64,000 nucleotides of DNA from Pseudomonadota bacterium (GTDB lineage Bacteria > Pseudomonadota > Gammaproteobacteria > Burkholderiales > Thiobacillaceae). A model generated the notes under the pieces. That model was not told where the DNA came from. It worked only from the letters and a program-made list of their open reading frames with translations, and searched no databases. This document shows positions 49,188-58,519 of the stretch, one piece after another. How positions within the stretch are numbered: the first letter of the stretch is position 1; every line of letters begins with the position of its first letter. Made by a program: the position numbers and the translations under genes. Location of the stretch: positions 880-64,879 of the forward strand of contig JAUYET010000075.1 of the NCBI GenBank assembly GCA_030691265.1, in the 5' to 3' direction.

Positions 49188-49982
49188 ATGAGCCTGCTTG
49201 CCGCCATCCTTCTTGCCAGCACCGCCGGCGGCGTGTTGTCCGTCCTGCTGGCAACCATGGCGTTGCGCCTGAAGGCGGAGTGGGTGCCGGTGATGGTGAG
49301 CTATGCCATCGGCGCCTTGCTTGGCGCGGCATTCCTGGAAATCCTGCCGCATGCGCTGGAGCATGCCGGCAGCATGCAAGCGCTCAGCGCCACCGTGCTG
49401 GGCGGCATCATGGGCTTCTTCATCCTGGAAAAACTGGTGCTCTGGCGGCATTGCCATACCGAGCATTGCGAGGCGCACGGCGCGGACGCTTTTGCAGCCC
49501 AACCGCAACACGACCACGGCCGCTCCGGCCTGATGATCACGGTCGGCGATACCGTGCACAACTTCGTCGATGGCGTGATGATCGCCGCCGCCTTCCTGGT
49601 CGATTTCAAGCTCGGCGTGGTCACCGCATTCGCCATCGCCGCGCACGAAGTGCCGCAGGAACTGGGCGATTTCCTGATCTTGCGTCACTCCGGCTACAGC
49701 AACCGGCAAGCCATCCTGCTCAACCTGCTATCCAGTCTGGCCATGCTGGTCGGCGCGTTATTGGGTTATTTCCTGCTCGCCCCCCTCGAATGGATCCTGC
49801 CTTACATGCTGGCGATTGCGGCATCCGGCATGATCTATGTGGCGGTGGCGGACCTGATTCCCGGCCTGCACAAACGGACCGAACTCATTCATACCGGCCA
49901 GCAGGCGTTGCTGATCGGGCTGGGTATCTTCACGGTATGGGCGGCGGGAACGCTGGCGCACGCATGGATGTATTCACATTGA
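49188..49982 (+). CDS. zupT: ZIP-family divalent metal transporter
   Basis: Multiple TM segments, His-rich loop [11 protein letters not shown], and HNFVDG / [10 protein letters not shown] motifs. Confidence 0.8.
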   Translation: MSLLAAILLASTAGGVLSVLLATMALRLKAEWVPVMVSYAIGALLGAAFLEILPHALEHAGSMQALSATVLGGIMGFFILEKLVLWRHCHTEHCEAHGADAFAAQPQHDHGRSGLMITVGDTVHNFVDGVMIAAAFLVDFKLGVVTAFAIAAHEVPQELGDFLILRHSGYSNRQAILLNLLSSLAMLVGALLGYFLLAPLEWILPYMLAIAASGMIYVAVADLIPGLHKRTELIHTGQQALLIGLGIFTVWAAGTLAHAWMYSH

Positions 49983-49992
49983 GCCGAGATTC

Positions 49993-51306
49993 ATGAAAAC
50001 ACTGCCCAAAATCGGCTTCGTCTCCCTCGGTTGCCCGAAGGCCACGGTCGACTCGGAACACATCCTGACGCAACTGCGCGCCGAGGGTTACCTGATCGTT
50101 CCCACCTACCAGGATGCCGATCTGGTGGTGGTCAACACCTGCGGCTTCATCGACGCGGCGGTGGAAGAAAGTCTGGATGCGATCGGCGAAGCGTTGCGCG
50201 AAAACGGCAAGGTCATCGTCACCGGCTGCCTGGGCGCACGTGAAAACGTGGTCATGGACGCTCACCCGCAAGTCCTGGCAATCACCGGCCCGCACGCGGC
50301 GGAAGAGGTCATGCGCCATGTCCATGCCCATCTGCCCAAACCGCACGACCCCTTTATCGACCTCGTCCCGCCCGGCGGCGTCAAACTTACCCCGCGCCAT
50401 TACGCTTATCTGAAGATTTCCGAGGGCTGCAATCATCGCTGCACCTTCTGCATCATCCCCAGCCTGCGCGGCGATCTGGTCTCGCGCCCGATCGGCGACG
50501 TGCTGTCGGAGGCCGAGGCGCTGGTCAAAGCCGGCGTCAAGGAATTGCTGATTATTTCTCAAGATACAAGCGCTTACGGCGTTGACTTGAAGTATCGCCT
50601 TGGCTTTCATAACGGCCGCCCGGTTAAAACACGCATGCTGGAACTGGTGCAGGAACTATCCAAACTCGGCGTCTGGGTGCGTCTGCATTATGTCTATCCG
50701 TACCCTAGCGTCGATGACGTGATTCCGCTGATGGCCGAGGGCAAGGTGCTGCCGTATCTCGACATTCCGTTTCAGCACGCCAGCCCGCGCATCCTGAAAG
50801 CCATGAAGCGCCCGGCGCACGCCGAAAACACGCTGCGCCGGATCGAAAAATGGCGCGAGATTTGCCCCGATATCGTGATACGCAGCACCTTCATCACCGG
50901 TTTCCCCGGTGAAACGGAAGACGACTTCGGCGAGTTGTTGCACTTCCTGCAAGCCGCCAAACTCGACCGCGTCGGGGCTTTTCCTTATTCCGCCGTCGAA
51001 GGCGCGGTCGCCAACGCGCTGCCCGACCCGGTCGAGGAAGACCTCAAACACGACCGCCTGGCCCGTTTCATGGACGTGCAAGCCGACATCAGCATGGAAA
51101 AACTCAAGGCCCGACGCGGCACGGAAATGACCGTATTGATCGACGCAGCCGATGGCCGTCGCGCGCTCGGGCGCACCTATGCCGACGCGCCGGAGATCGA
51201 CGGCGTGGTGCACATCGCGCAGGGTGCTGGCTTGCAGGCGGGGGATTTCGTGCAAGTGAAGATCACCCGTAGCGATGATTACGACCTGTGGGGAAAGCCG
51301 GTCTAA
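49993..51306 (+). CDS. rimO: Ribosomal protein S12 methylthiotransferase RimO
   Basis: [10 protein letters not shown], radical-SAM CNHRCTFC, and a TRAM domain. Confidence 0.9.
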   Translation: MKTLPKIGFVSLGCPKATVDSEHILTQLRAEGYLIVPTYQDADLVVVNTCGFIDAAVEESLDAIGEALRENGKVIVTGCLGARENVVMDAHPQVLAITGPHAAEEVMRHVHAHLPKPHDPFIDLVPPGGVKLTPRHYAYLKISEGCNHRCTFCIIPSLRGDLVSRPIGDVLSEAEALVKAGVKELLIISQDTSAYGVDLKYRLGFHNGRPVKTRMLELVQELSKLGVWVRLHYVYPYPSVDDVIPLMAEGKVLPYLDIPFQHASPRILKAMKRPAHAENTLRRIEKWREICPDIVIRSTFITGFPGETEDDFGELLHFLQAAKLDRVGAFPYSAVEGAVANALPDPVEEDLKHDRLARFMDVQADISMEKLKARRGTEMTVLIDAADGRRALGRTYADAPEIDGVVHIAQGAGLQAGDFVQVKITRSDDYDLWGKPV

Positions 51307-51337
51307 AATTTCGCCCTGGTTTTTTCCGGGAATGCCC

Positions 51338-53923
51338 ATGTCGCACAAGATCAAAACCAAACCAGGCAAACTGCCGTCACCGCATGTGCTCGACAGCGCC
51401 ACGCTGGCGGCTCAGGCCGAGGCGGATTTAGCGCTGACGCGTTACAAGGAGGCGACCGAGCTTTTCAAGGAGTTGCTCAAGCGCGAGCGGCGTGCTACCT
51501 GGGTTGATGGCCTGGCCGCGTGTTACGCCGGGCGCGCCCATGCGCTGGCAGGCAAGGGCATGTTCAAGGAAGCGCTGGTGTTATGGCGCAACCGTCATGA
51601 ACGGTGCGGCAAACCGCTCGCTGAGGCGCCTTATCTGGCCTGGCTGCTGCAGGCGGGAGAGCTGGGTGAAGCGATGCGCCTGCTGGCTGACCCCACCTTG
51701 CCGGACGCGATGCGCAGCGAACTGGAAATGCGCTTTGCCGCCATGACGCTGACCTGGCCGGACAACAAACTGCCTGAGCTATCGTCACAACTGCCCGCCG
51801 ACAGCGCGCTCCTGCGCCACCGTCCGGCTGCACTGGCTGCTTTGCAGGCCTGCCAGCAAGGCGACCTCGCCGCCCTGGACGAATGCCTCAAGGCGATTCC
51901 GATTCGTTCGCCGTATCGCGATCTGAAGCCGCTGCTCAAGGCGCTGGCGCTGCTGACAACGGATCGCGCAGCGGCCGCCGTGATGATCGCCCGCCTGCCG
52001 TCGAACAGCCCGTTCGAGCGACTGGCCGCGGTATTGCGCGCCGCGGTCTTGCCAGCGGAGCCGTTGGCGGCTATGCCGCCTTACGGAACCGGCGCGCCTT
52101 TTACGGGTGCCGATACGTGTTGGTTGGCGGCGTTGCCTGATATGGACGCAGATAGCCGGCAACTGCTGCTCGATCTCAAAGGTTGCCCCGACGCGCTGCG
52201 ACCGCTGCTGCTGGACCTCGCCCGCCTGGGTGCACAGCCCAACCCCGAAACCTGGTTCGACTTTCTCCTGCGCCATCGGCGCGCACTGCCAGCCGGTCTG
52301 GCGGCGAATCTGTGCCAGCGCTTGCTGCCGCATGTGCCGCATCGGCTGAAGGTCCATGGCGATACCTTCGGTCAACTCACGGAACTGCAGTGGACGCATA
52401 TCGCAGCTCTGAATGCCGAGGTGCAAAACAAACGTACTTTGGCTATGCCGCATTGGCAGCGCATGGCCGAACTTCTGGCCAGCGATTCCACCCAGAAGCA
52501 GCGCGCGGCGCTGATCTGGCGACGCCTGTCCGGTATCGATATTGCCGCTCTGGGTGATAGCGATGCAGATGTGATCTATCGCTTGAAGCGCAGCGTCGAA
52601 CTCGATCCCGATGAACGCGACACCCAGTTACGGCTGATCGCTGCACTTCGCCAACAGGGTGAACTGCAGCAGGCGCGCACCGTCCTGGAGCAGGCGTTGC
52701 CGCGGTTCCCCAAGGATGCAGCCCTGTTGCTGGAAGCCGTGCAGGTCGCCCTCGCCAGCAAAGCATTCAAGAAAGCCGTCGGGCTGGCCAAGCAGGTGCT
52801 GGAACTCGATCCGATCAACCCGACGGTACGGCGGCTGATCGGCCATGCCCACTTTGCTCACGCGCGCAAGCAGATCAAAACGAACAACTCGGCTGCGGCG
52901 CACAAAGAGCTGGATGCGGCGGCGACCTGGTTGCGCAACGCGGAAGATGCCGTGACGCTCAAGCTGTTGCGCGCCCTGGCCTGCGATGGGCAGACCGACG
53001 AGCAGACCGATGCGCGCATTCGCGAAGCCATCGCCGATCTGGGCGGCGGCATGGTGGGTAACCTCGCCGGCAACCTTGCGGGCGCTTTCCATCTGGCGCT
53101 GGAAGCAGGCCGGCTGGGGATGAATGAGACCACGCTGTTGAAACGCGGCGGCGTCGATCTGAACGCCACGCCAGCCCCCGGTGCGATGCTGGCGCTGGCC
53201 CGGGTGGTCGAAGCCGCGGGTGAAACCGGGAAAGCGGTGCGCGCCGCCTTGCTTCCCCTGCGCCCGGCGCTCAAACGGGCAGCGGCCGGCCGCTATGTAG
53301 AGGCCGATATGGCCTCGATTTGCGAGGCGTTTCTACGCGTCGAGGAATACGACTTGCTGCGTCTTTATGCCGATGCCGCGTTGAAACATTGGCCGCAGCG
53401 GCCGCTGTTTGTCTATTTCAAGGCGGCGTCTTTCGCCGATAAGCCCTACCTCATGCCACAGCATGTGCGAAATGACCTTGATCGCGCCGCCGAGGCCTGC
53501 CAGCAAAATGACCGGCGCACCGGGCAGCGTATTCAGAGCCTGTTTCATGCGATCGAAGACGAGATGCCCTTCGCGGATGACGACAACGATATCGACGGGT
53601 TGAACGCGGACGATCCAGGCATGCTGTTTGAAATGCTGCTGCAAATAGGCGGCGAGGAATTGGTATTCAAAACGGCGCGCCAGGCGATGGGCAAGGCCAC
53701 GTTCGATGCACTGAGGAAGGAGCTGGGCGGCAGCAACAAGGACTTCGCCCACGCCCTGGTCGACTTGCTGGCGCAAGAAGCGCGTGGCGGCGGCATTCCG
53801 CCGCCACCGTTAATACTGCCGCCATTCACCAAATCCATACCTGAACCAGCCAAACCCAAACCGCCTAAGCCCGTGCCACATAAGCCCGCGCCGGATAACC
53901 AGGGAAATCTGTTCGATGACTGA
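51338..53923 (+). CDS. Large (~860 aa) helical TPR-like protein with a Pro/Lys-rich tail ending QGNLFDD
   Basis: Repeated amphipathic helix pairs (for example ELQQARTVLEQALPRFPKDAALLLEAVQVALASKAFKKAVGLAKQVLELDPINP). No catalytic motif seen. The start is at 51332 or 51338. Confidence 0.45.
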   Translation: MSHKIKTKPGKLPSPHVLDSATLAAQAEADLALTRYKEATELFKELLKRERRATWVDGLAACYAGRAHALAGKGMFKEALVLWRNRHERCGKPLAEAPYLAWLLQAGELGEAMRLLADPTLPDAMRSELEMRFAAMTLTWPDNKLPELSSQLPADSALLRHRPAALAALQACQQGDLAALDECLKAIPIRSPYRDLKPLLKALALLTTDRAAAAVMIARLPSNSPFERLAAVLRAAVLPAEPLAAMPPYGTGAPFTGADTCWLAALPDMDADSRQLLLDLKGCPDALRPLLLDLARLGAQPNPETWFDFLLRHRRALPAGLAANLCQRLLPHVPHRLKVHGDTFGQLTELQWTHIAALNAEVQNKRTLAMPHWQRMAELLASDSTQKQRAALIWRRLSGIDIAALGDSDADVIYRLKRSVELDPDERDTQLRLIAALRQQGELQQARTVLEQALPRFPKDAALLLEAVQVALASKAFKKAVGLAKQVLELDPINPTVRRLIGHAHFAHARKQIKTNNSAAAHKELDAAATWLRNAEDAVTLKLLRALACDGQTDEQTDARIREAIADLGGGMVGNLAGNLAGAFHLALEAGRLGMNETTLLKRGGVDLNATPAPGAMLALARVVEAAGETGKAVRAALLPLRPALKRAAAGRYVEADMASICEAFLRVEEYDLLRLYADAALKHWPQRPLFVYFKAASFADKPYLMPQHVRNDLDRAAEACQQNDRRTGQRIQSLFHAIEDEMPFADDDNDIDGLNADDPGMLFEMLLQIGGEELVFKTARQAMGKATFDALRKELGGSNKDFAHALVDLLAQEARGGGIPPPPLILPPFTKSIPEPAKPKPPKPVPHKPAPDNQGNLFDD

Positions 53924-54263
53924 TCCTTACCGCCTGCTTGGCGTGCCTGACCGGGCCTATGAGAAAACGGCCGAAGACGATGCCGATTTTGACGAAATCA
54001 TCCGCCAGGCTTATCTGGCGGCGATCCGCGAGTGCCCGCCCGAGCGTGACCGTCAACGCTTCGAGCGGATACGCGCTGCTTTTGAGGCCATCGCCAGCGC
54101 CCGTGCGCGCCTGAGCCATGCCCTGTTCGACACCACGCCGCCCACGCCGGAAGATTTGCTGGCCGCGCTGCAAACCGAATTTCAGCCGCAGCGTCCGTCG
54201 GAGCAGCGTTTGTGCCGGGTGTTGGGGAGCACATTGGGGAGCGCATCGGGGAGCAAAACATGA
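53916..54263 (+). CDS. J-like domain protein lacking the HPD motif
   Basis: DPYRLLGV...IRQAYLAAIRECPPERD..FERIRAAFEAI aligns to J-domain helices I-III, with PPE in place of HPD. It overlaps the upstream stop by 8 nt. Confidence 0.55.
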   Translation: MTDPYRLLGVPDRAYEKTAEDDADFDEIIRQAYLAAIRECPPERDRQRFERIRAAFEAIASARARLSHALFDTTPPTPEDLLAALQTEFQPQRPSEQRLCRVLGSTLGSASGSKT

Positions 54264-54916
54264 TCCTGGAAGCCGAGAAGGAACGTTTGATCGAGGAATT
54301 CCGCGCCTGCCTGGAAGACTGGGAGGGCGGCGAGAACGAAGAAGATAGCGCCCCCGTCGATCTGCATACCTTGCTGGCCGAAATGGCCGCGCTGAAGAAC
54401 GAAATCCGTCTGGAGTCGCGCCAGTTCAAGACCATGCTGGAAGAAATGCGCCACTTCGGTGAAGCCCTGCGCGAACAGAACGAACGCCTGAATCGCGATC
54501 TGGAGCGGGTGCGCGAACAGGCCGCCGTCGCCAAACGCCAGGCCGAACGCGGTTTGCTGCTGGGCCTGCTCGATCTGCGCGATCGCTTGCAAGCTGGCGT
54601 CGATGCCGGCGGCTTGCCCCAATCCTCATTTCTGGTGCGACTATTCCCGACCCAGACACGCCTTATCCGCAGCCTGGTGCAGGGCCAGACACTCACCGTG
54701 CAGCGCATGGATGAATTGCTGGCCGAACATCAGGTGCGCCCGCTCGAAGCCATCGGCCAGATGCTCGACCCACATCAGATGCGCGCCGTGGGCGTCGAAA
54801 CTGCACTAGACAAACCGGATGGGCAGGTGCTGCGCGAAGTGCGCTGCGGTTTTTATCATCACGGCGAGCTGCTGCGCACCGCCGAAGTCATCGTCAACAA
54901 AACGGGCATGGCGTGA
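54260..54916 (+). CDS. GrpE-like nucleotide exchange factor
   Basis: Long coiled coil, then FDPHQMRAVGVE...GQVLREVRCGFYHHGELLRTAEVIVNK (GrpE C-terminal beta domain pattern). ATGA overlap upstream. Confidence 0.65.
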   Translation: MILEAEKERLIEEFRACLEDWEGGENEEDSAPVDLHTLLAEMAALKNEIRLESRQFKTMLEEMRHFGEALREQNERLNRDLERVREQAAVAKRQAERGLLLGLLDLRDRLQAGVDAGGLPQSSFLVRLFPTQTRLIRSLVQGQTLTVQRMDELLAEHQVRPLEAIGQMLDPHQMRAVGVETALDKPDGQVLREVRCGFYHHGELLRTAEVIVNKTGMA

Positions 54917-55025
54917 GGCATTCAGAATAATGAACGCCTCACGCCATGCCCGTTTCCCTCTCCCCCAGCCCCTCTCCCGCCTGCGGGAGAGGGGAGTTTC
55001 AAGCGTCGCTATCACGACGTTTACA
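54899..55025. repeat. 20-bp perfect hairpin (54900-54919 / 54936-54955) plus composite repeat X copy 3
   Basis: aaacgggcatggcgtgaggc-N16-gcctcacgccatgcccgttt, followed by ccctctcccccagcccctctcccgcctgcgggagaggggagtttcaagcgtcgctatcacgacgtttac. Confidence 0.8.
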
Positions 55026-55027
55026 TT

Positions 55028-56803
55028 ATGGACATCATGAACATGCGTGAAATCATCGTTGGTATCGATCTGGGCACCACCAATTCCGAAGTCGCCGTGG
55101 TGCGCGACGGACGCGTGGAAGTCATCGCCATCAGCGAGGGAGAGCGCATTTTGCCCTCGATGGTCGGCTTGGCCGATGACGGCGCCCTGCTGGTCGGCGA
55201 GGCAGCCCGCAACCAGTATGTGCTGCGCCCAGAACGCACGGTGCGCTCGATCAAACGGCGCATGGGCGAAGCCACCCACGTCGCCCTGGGCGACAAGAAT
55301 TACAGTCCGCAGGAAATCTCCGCGCTGATTCTGCGTCGGCTCAAGCAGATCGCCGAAGGCCACCTGGGACAGCCGGTGAACAAGGCGGTGATTACCGTGC
55401 CGGCCTATTTTTCCGACGCGCAACGCCAGGCCACCCGCGAAGCTGGGGAAATCGCCGGACTGGAAGTGGTGCGCATCATCAACGAACCCACCGCCGCGGC
55501 GCTGGCTTACGAAAGCGGGCATCAAGGCGCGCGCAAAGCGCTGGTTTACGACCTCGGCGGCGGTACTTTCGACGTCTCCGTGGTCAACCTGGAAGGCGAC
55601 GTGGTGGAAGTGCTCGCCAGCCACGGCAACAACCACCTGGGCGGCGACGACTTCGACCAGCGGATTGTCGATTTCGCCCTCGATCACATCGAGGCGCAAA
55701 ACGGCATCGAGGTTGTTCAAGCCGTGCGCCACTCGGCCATTGCCATGGCGCGCCTGCAACGCGCCGCCGAGGCCGCCAAAATCGCGCTGTCGGATCGCCC
55801 CTATGCCATGCTGGCCGAGGAGTATCTGCTGCAACATCAAGGCGAACCGGTGCATCTGGCGGTGGAACTCGCCCGCGCCGATTACGAGGCGATGATCGCG
55901 CCCTACATCGCCGAAACGCTTGACGCCACCCATATCGCGCTGGCCGGGGCGCATCTGACGGTATCGGATATCGACGAAATCCTGCTGGTCGGCGGCGCCA
56001 CCCGCACGCCGCTGGTCGCCCGCCGACTGGAAGAAACGCTGGGCATGGCGCCACGCGGCGAACTGAATCCCGATCTCTGCGTGGCCATGGGTGCAGCCAT
56101 CCAGGCCGGGGTCATCAGCGGCGAGCAGATCGCCTCGGTGCTGGTCGATGTCACCCCCTACACCTTCGGCACCGCCGCCATCAGCTTTCTGGACGGCGAA
56201 GAATATCCCTACTGCTTCGTTCCCCTGATCCGCAAGAACACGCCGATTCCGGTCACCAAGAGCGAGGTTTTTTACACCGCCTACGATGGTCAGGCGCGGA
56301 TCGATGTGGGGGTGTTTCAGGGCGAAGATCGCGACGCACTCAACAACATCGAAATCGGCATGTTCACGATCGACGGCCTGCGCGCCGACGCGCCCTCTGG
56401 CAGCCGCATCGTCACCAGTTTCTCGCTCGACCTCGATGGCATTCTTCACGTCACCACGCGGGAAAAAGAAACCGGGCTGGAACGCTCCATCACCATCACC
56501 ATCGCCAACGCCCTGGCACGCCTGGAAACCGACCAGCTCGACGCTGCGCGTGAACGGGTGCGGGCTTTGTTCGGCGAAGATTCCGAAGGGGAGGGCGACA
56601 GCACCGACTTGCGCCGTCATCGGGTGGAAGCCCTGGCCCTGGTGGAAAAGGCGGAACGTCTGCTGCAGACCGCTAGCGCGGAAGATGGCGAAGACCTGGT
56701 CAACGGCATCGAAGCCGTCAGGGATGCCCTCGACCAAAACGATGAAATGTTGAAAATGACCATGGGCAGCCTGGCCGACCTGCTTTATTACCTGGAAGCC
56801 TGA
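55028..56803 (+). CDS. Hsp70-family ATPase (non-housekeeping, HscC-like architecture)
   Basis: IVGIDLGTTNS, VITVPAYFSDAQRQAT, DLGGGTFDVS, LLVGGATRTP motifs, with an SBD-beta and a helical lid. Start alternatives at 55037 and 55043. Confidence 0.85.
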   Translation: MDIMNMREIIVGIDLGTTNSEVAVVRDGRVEVIAISEGERILPSMVGLADDGALLVGEAARNQYVLRPERTVRSIKRRMGEATHVALGDKNYSPQEISALILRRLKQIAEGHLGQPVNKAVITVPAYFSDAQRQATREAGEIAGLEVVRIINEPTAAALAYESGHQGARKALVYDLGGGTFDVSVVNLEGDVVEVLASHGNNHLGGDDFDQRIVDFALDHIEAQNGIEVVQAVRHSAIAMARLQRAAEAAKIALSDRPYAMLAEEYLLQHQGEPVHLAVELARADYEAMIAPYIAETLDATHIALAGAHLTVSDIDEILLVGGATRTPLVARRLEETLGMAPRGELNPDLCVAMGAAIQAGVISGEQIASVLVDVTPYTFGTAAISFLDGEEYPYCFVPLIRKNTPIPVTKSEVFYTAYDGQARIDVGVFQGEDRDALNNIEIGMFTIDGLRADAPSGSRIVTSFSLDLDGILHVTTREKETGLERSITITIANALARLETDQLDAARERVRALFGEDSEGEGDSTDLRRHRVEALALVEKAERLLQTASAEDGEDLVNGIEAVRDALDQNDEMLKMTMGSLADLLYYLEA

Positions 56804-56805
56804 AC

Positions 56806-57174
56806 GTGGATCGCTGCCCCTCCTGCCGCGCACGGCTGAACGAAAGCCCGCTCTGTTCGCGCTGCGGATGCGATCTGGGGCTGGCCCTGCGGGCAGAACG
56901 CCAGTCGCAAAACCTGCTCCGGCAGGGTATTCAGGCTTGGGCCGCCGGCAACCCAGACCTGGCGGCAAGCAGCTTCGACGCCTCGCTGGCCTTGCGGCAT
57001 AGCACGTTGGCGGCAAGGCTGGCGGCTAAGCGCAGCGAACTGCGCCGTGAACTGTTCAATCGGCAAGACGACATCGAAGCCCAGCGGAATGATCTAATCA
57101 CCGAGCTGGAGCAGCAGCTTCAGCATCAAATCCAAGAAGAAACGCTGTTCACAATTGAATGGGAGTTGAATTAA
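56806..57174 (+). CDS. Zinc-ribbon protein with a helical/coiled-coil C-terminus
   Basis: CPSC-x10-CSRC at the N-terminus. The GTG start lies 2 nt after the Hsp70 stop. Confidence 0.45.
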   Translation: MDRCPSCRARLNESPLCSRCGCDLGLALRAERQSQNLLRQGIQAWAAGNPDLAASSFDASLALRHSTLAARLAAKRSELRRELFNRQDDIEAQRNDLITELEQQLQHQIQEETLFTIEWELN

Positions 57175-57488
57175 TGGCCAAGAAGGGTGAGGTCACCATT
57201 GTCGGGCAAACGTTCGAGGGACTGAAGCAGATCAATGAGCGTGGCGCTGAATACTGGAGCGCCCGCGCCCTCCAGCCCTTGCTGGGTTACAGCCAGTGGC
57301 GGCATTTCGTGCAGGCCATCGAGCGCGCCATAACCTCTTGTAACAAATCAGGAAATCTTTTCGGGTATCACTTTGCCGGCGCCGGCAAACCGATCGCCGG
57401 CGGCAAGGGCGCGGTTCAGGTCGTGGATGACTACCACCTCTCCCGCTTCGCCTGCTACCTCAGCGCCCAGGCTGGGGGGCTGCCATGA
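57174..57488 (+). CDS. DinD-like N-terminal domain protein (truncated relative to the ~270-aa DinD)
   Basis: INERGAEYWSARALQPLLGYSQWRHF ... VVDDYHLSRFACYLSAQ matches the first ~100 aa of E. coli DinD as I recall it. TAATG overlap upstream. Confidence 0.55.
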   Translation: MAKKGEVTIVGQTFEGLKQINERGAEYWSARALQPLLGYSQWRHFVQAIERAITSCNKSGNLFGYHFAGAGKPIAGGKGAVQVVDDYHLSRFACYLSAQAGGLP

Positions 57489-58327
57489 AAAACCGCATCA
57501 TTACCGTCAAAGGGGTAGAGGTCGCCATTGCCGTCCGGCATGAGCAGGACTACATCTCGCTCACCGACATGCTCAGAAACTTTGGCGACGAAAGCATCCT
57601 GTACAACTGGCTGCGCAACCGGAACACCATAGAATTTCTCGGCATTTGGGAGCAGCTCTACAACCCGGGTTTTAAACCTATCGAATTCGATAGGTTTAGG
57701 AGCCAGGCGGGGCTGAATAGCTTTGCCCTCTCACCCAAGAAGTGGATCGAGGCCACCGGCGCCATTGGCCTGTATGCCAAGGCAGGTCGAGGCGGCGGAA
57801 CCTTTGCCCACCGCGACATCGCCTTCGAGTTCGGCTCCTGGCTCAGTCCGGAGTTCAAGCTCTACCTCATCAAGGAGTTTCAGCGTCTCAAGGACGAAGA
57901 AGCGCGCGCCACCGCCCAGGAGTGGAACTTTCAGCGCACGCTGGCCAAGGTCAACTACAAAATTCACACCGATGCCATCAAGGAACGCCTCATCCCACCG
58001 CTTCTGACCAAAGCGCAGACCAGCATGGTGTACGCCAACGAGGCGGATTTACTCAACGTCGCCCTGTTCGGCATCACCGCCGCCCAATGGCGGCAAGCCA
58101 ACCCAGACCAGCCGGGCAACATGCGTGACGCCGCCACACTGGAACAACTGGTGGTGTTGTCGAACCTGGAAAGCATCAACGCCGTGCTGATTCACCAAGA
58201 GCTGGATGTACATGAGCGACTGGCGCAGTTGAACACCATGGCCATTACGCAAATGCGCTCGTTGGTCGGCATGAGCGCAGTCAAGCGGCTGGGTGGAAAA
58301 AATCCCCTGAAGGGAATCGAGCCATGA
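57485..58327 (+). CDS. KilA-N domain-containing protein
   Basis: ITVKGVEVAI...DYISLTDM...GTFAHRDIAFEFGSWLSPEFKLYLIKEF. ATGA overlap upstream. Confidence 0.75.
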   Translation: MKNRIITVKGVEVAIAVRHEQDYISLTDMLRNFGDESILYNWLRNRNTIEFLGIWEQLYNPGFKPIEFDRFRSQAGLNSFALSPKKWIEATGAIGLYAKAGRGGGTFAHRDIAFEFGSWLSPEFKLYLIKEFQRLKDEEARATAQEWNFQRTLAKVNYKIHTDAIKERLIPPLLTKAQTSMVYANEADLLNVALFGITAAQWRQANPDQPGNMRDAATLEQLVVLSNLESINAVLIHQELDVHERLAQLNTMAITQMRSLVGMSAVKRLGGKNPLKGIEP

Positions 58328-58407
58328 CCGAACCCACCATCACCTGCCCGAACTGCCGATGTGGTGCTGTCTGGCTAGTCAAAATTCACACAAGCCCCCA
58401 AGAATGA
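58324..58407 (+). pseudogene. 27-codon remnant of a zinc-ribbon-type gene
   Basis: MTEPTITCPNCRCGAVWLVKIHTSPQE. ATGA overlap with the KilA-N stop. Too short to be a complete protein of this type. Confidence 0.3.
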
Positions 58408-58519
58408 CAGGCTCGAATCTATCAGCTTTGGGGTGCGGCACGTTGAAACGGAGTGTGTCGCTGGCATCAACGAGTACTGCCCCACATCACCGTCCACTAC
58501 TCAGCCTGATCCAACCTTC

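Noticed and set aside
54806-57016. 736-aa ORF antisense to the Hsp70 gene
   Set aside because: The sense strand has unmistakable Hsp70 motifs. The antisense product is an Arg/Gly/Ala-rich string with no domain pattern, which is the expected stop-free shadow frame in high-GC DNA.
57174-58407. Intact prophage or integrative element
   Set aside because: Only a DinD fragment, one KilA-N gene and a short remnant are present. There is no integrase, no structural or replication genes, and no tRNA or clear att repeats. It is treated as a decayed islet.
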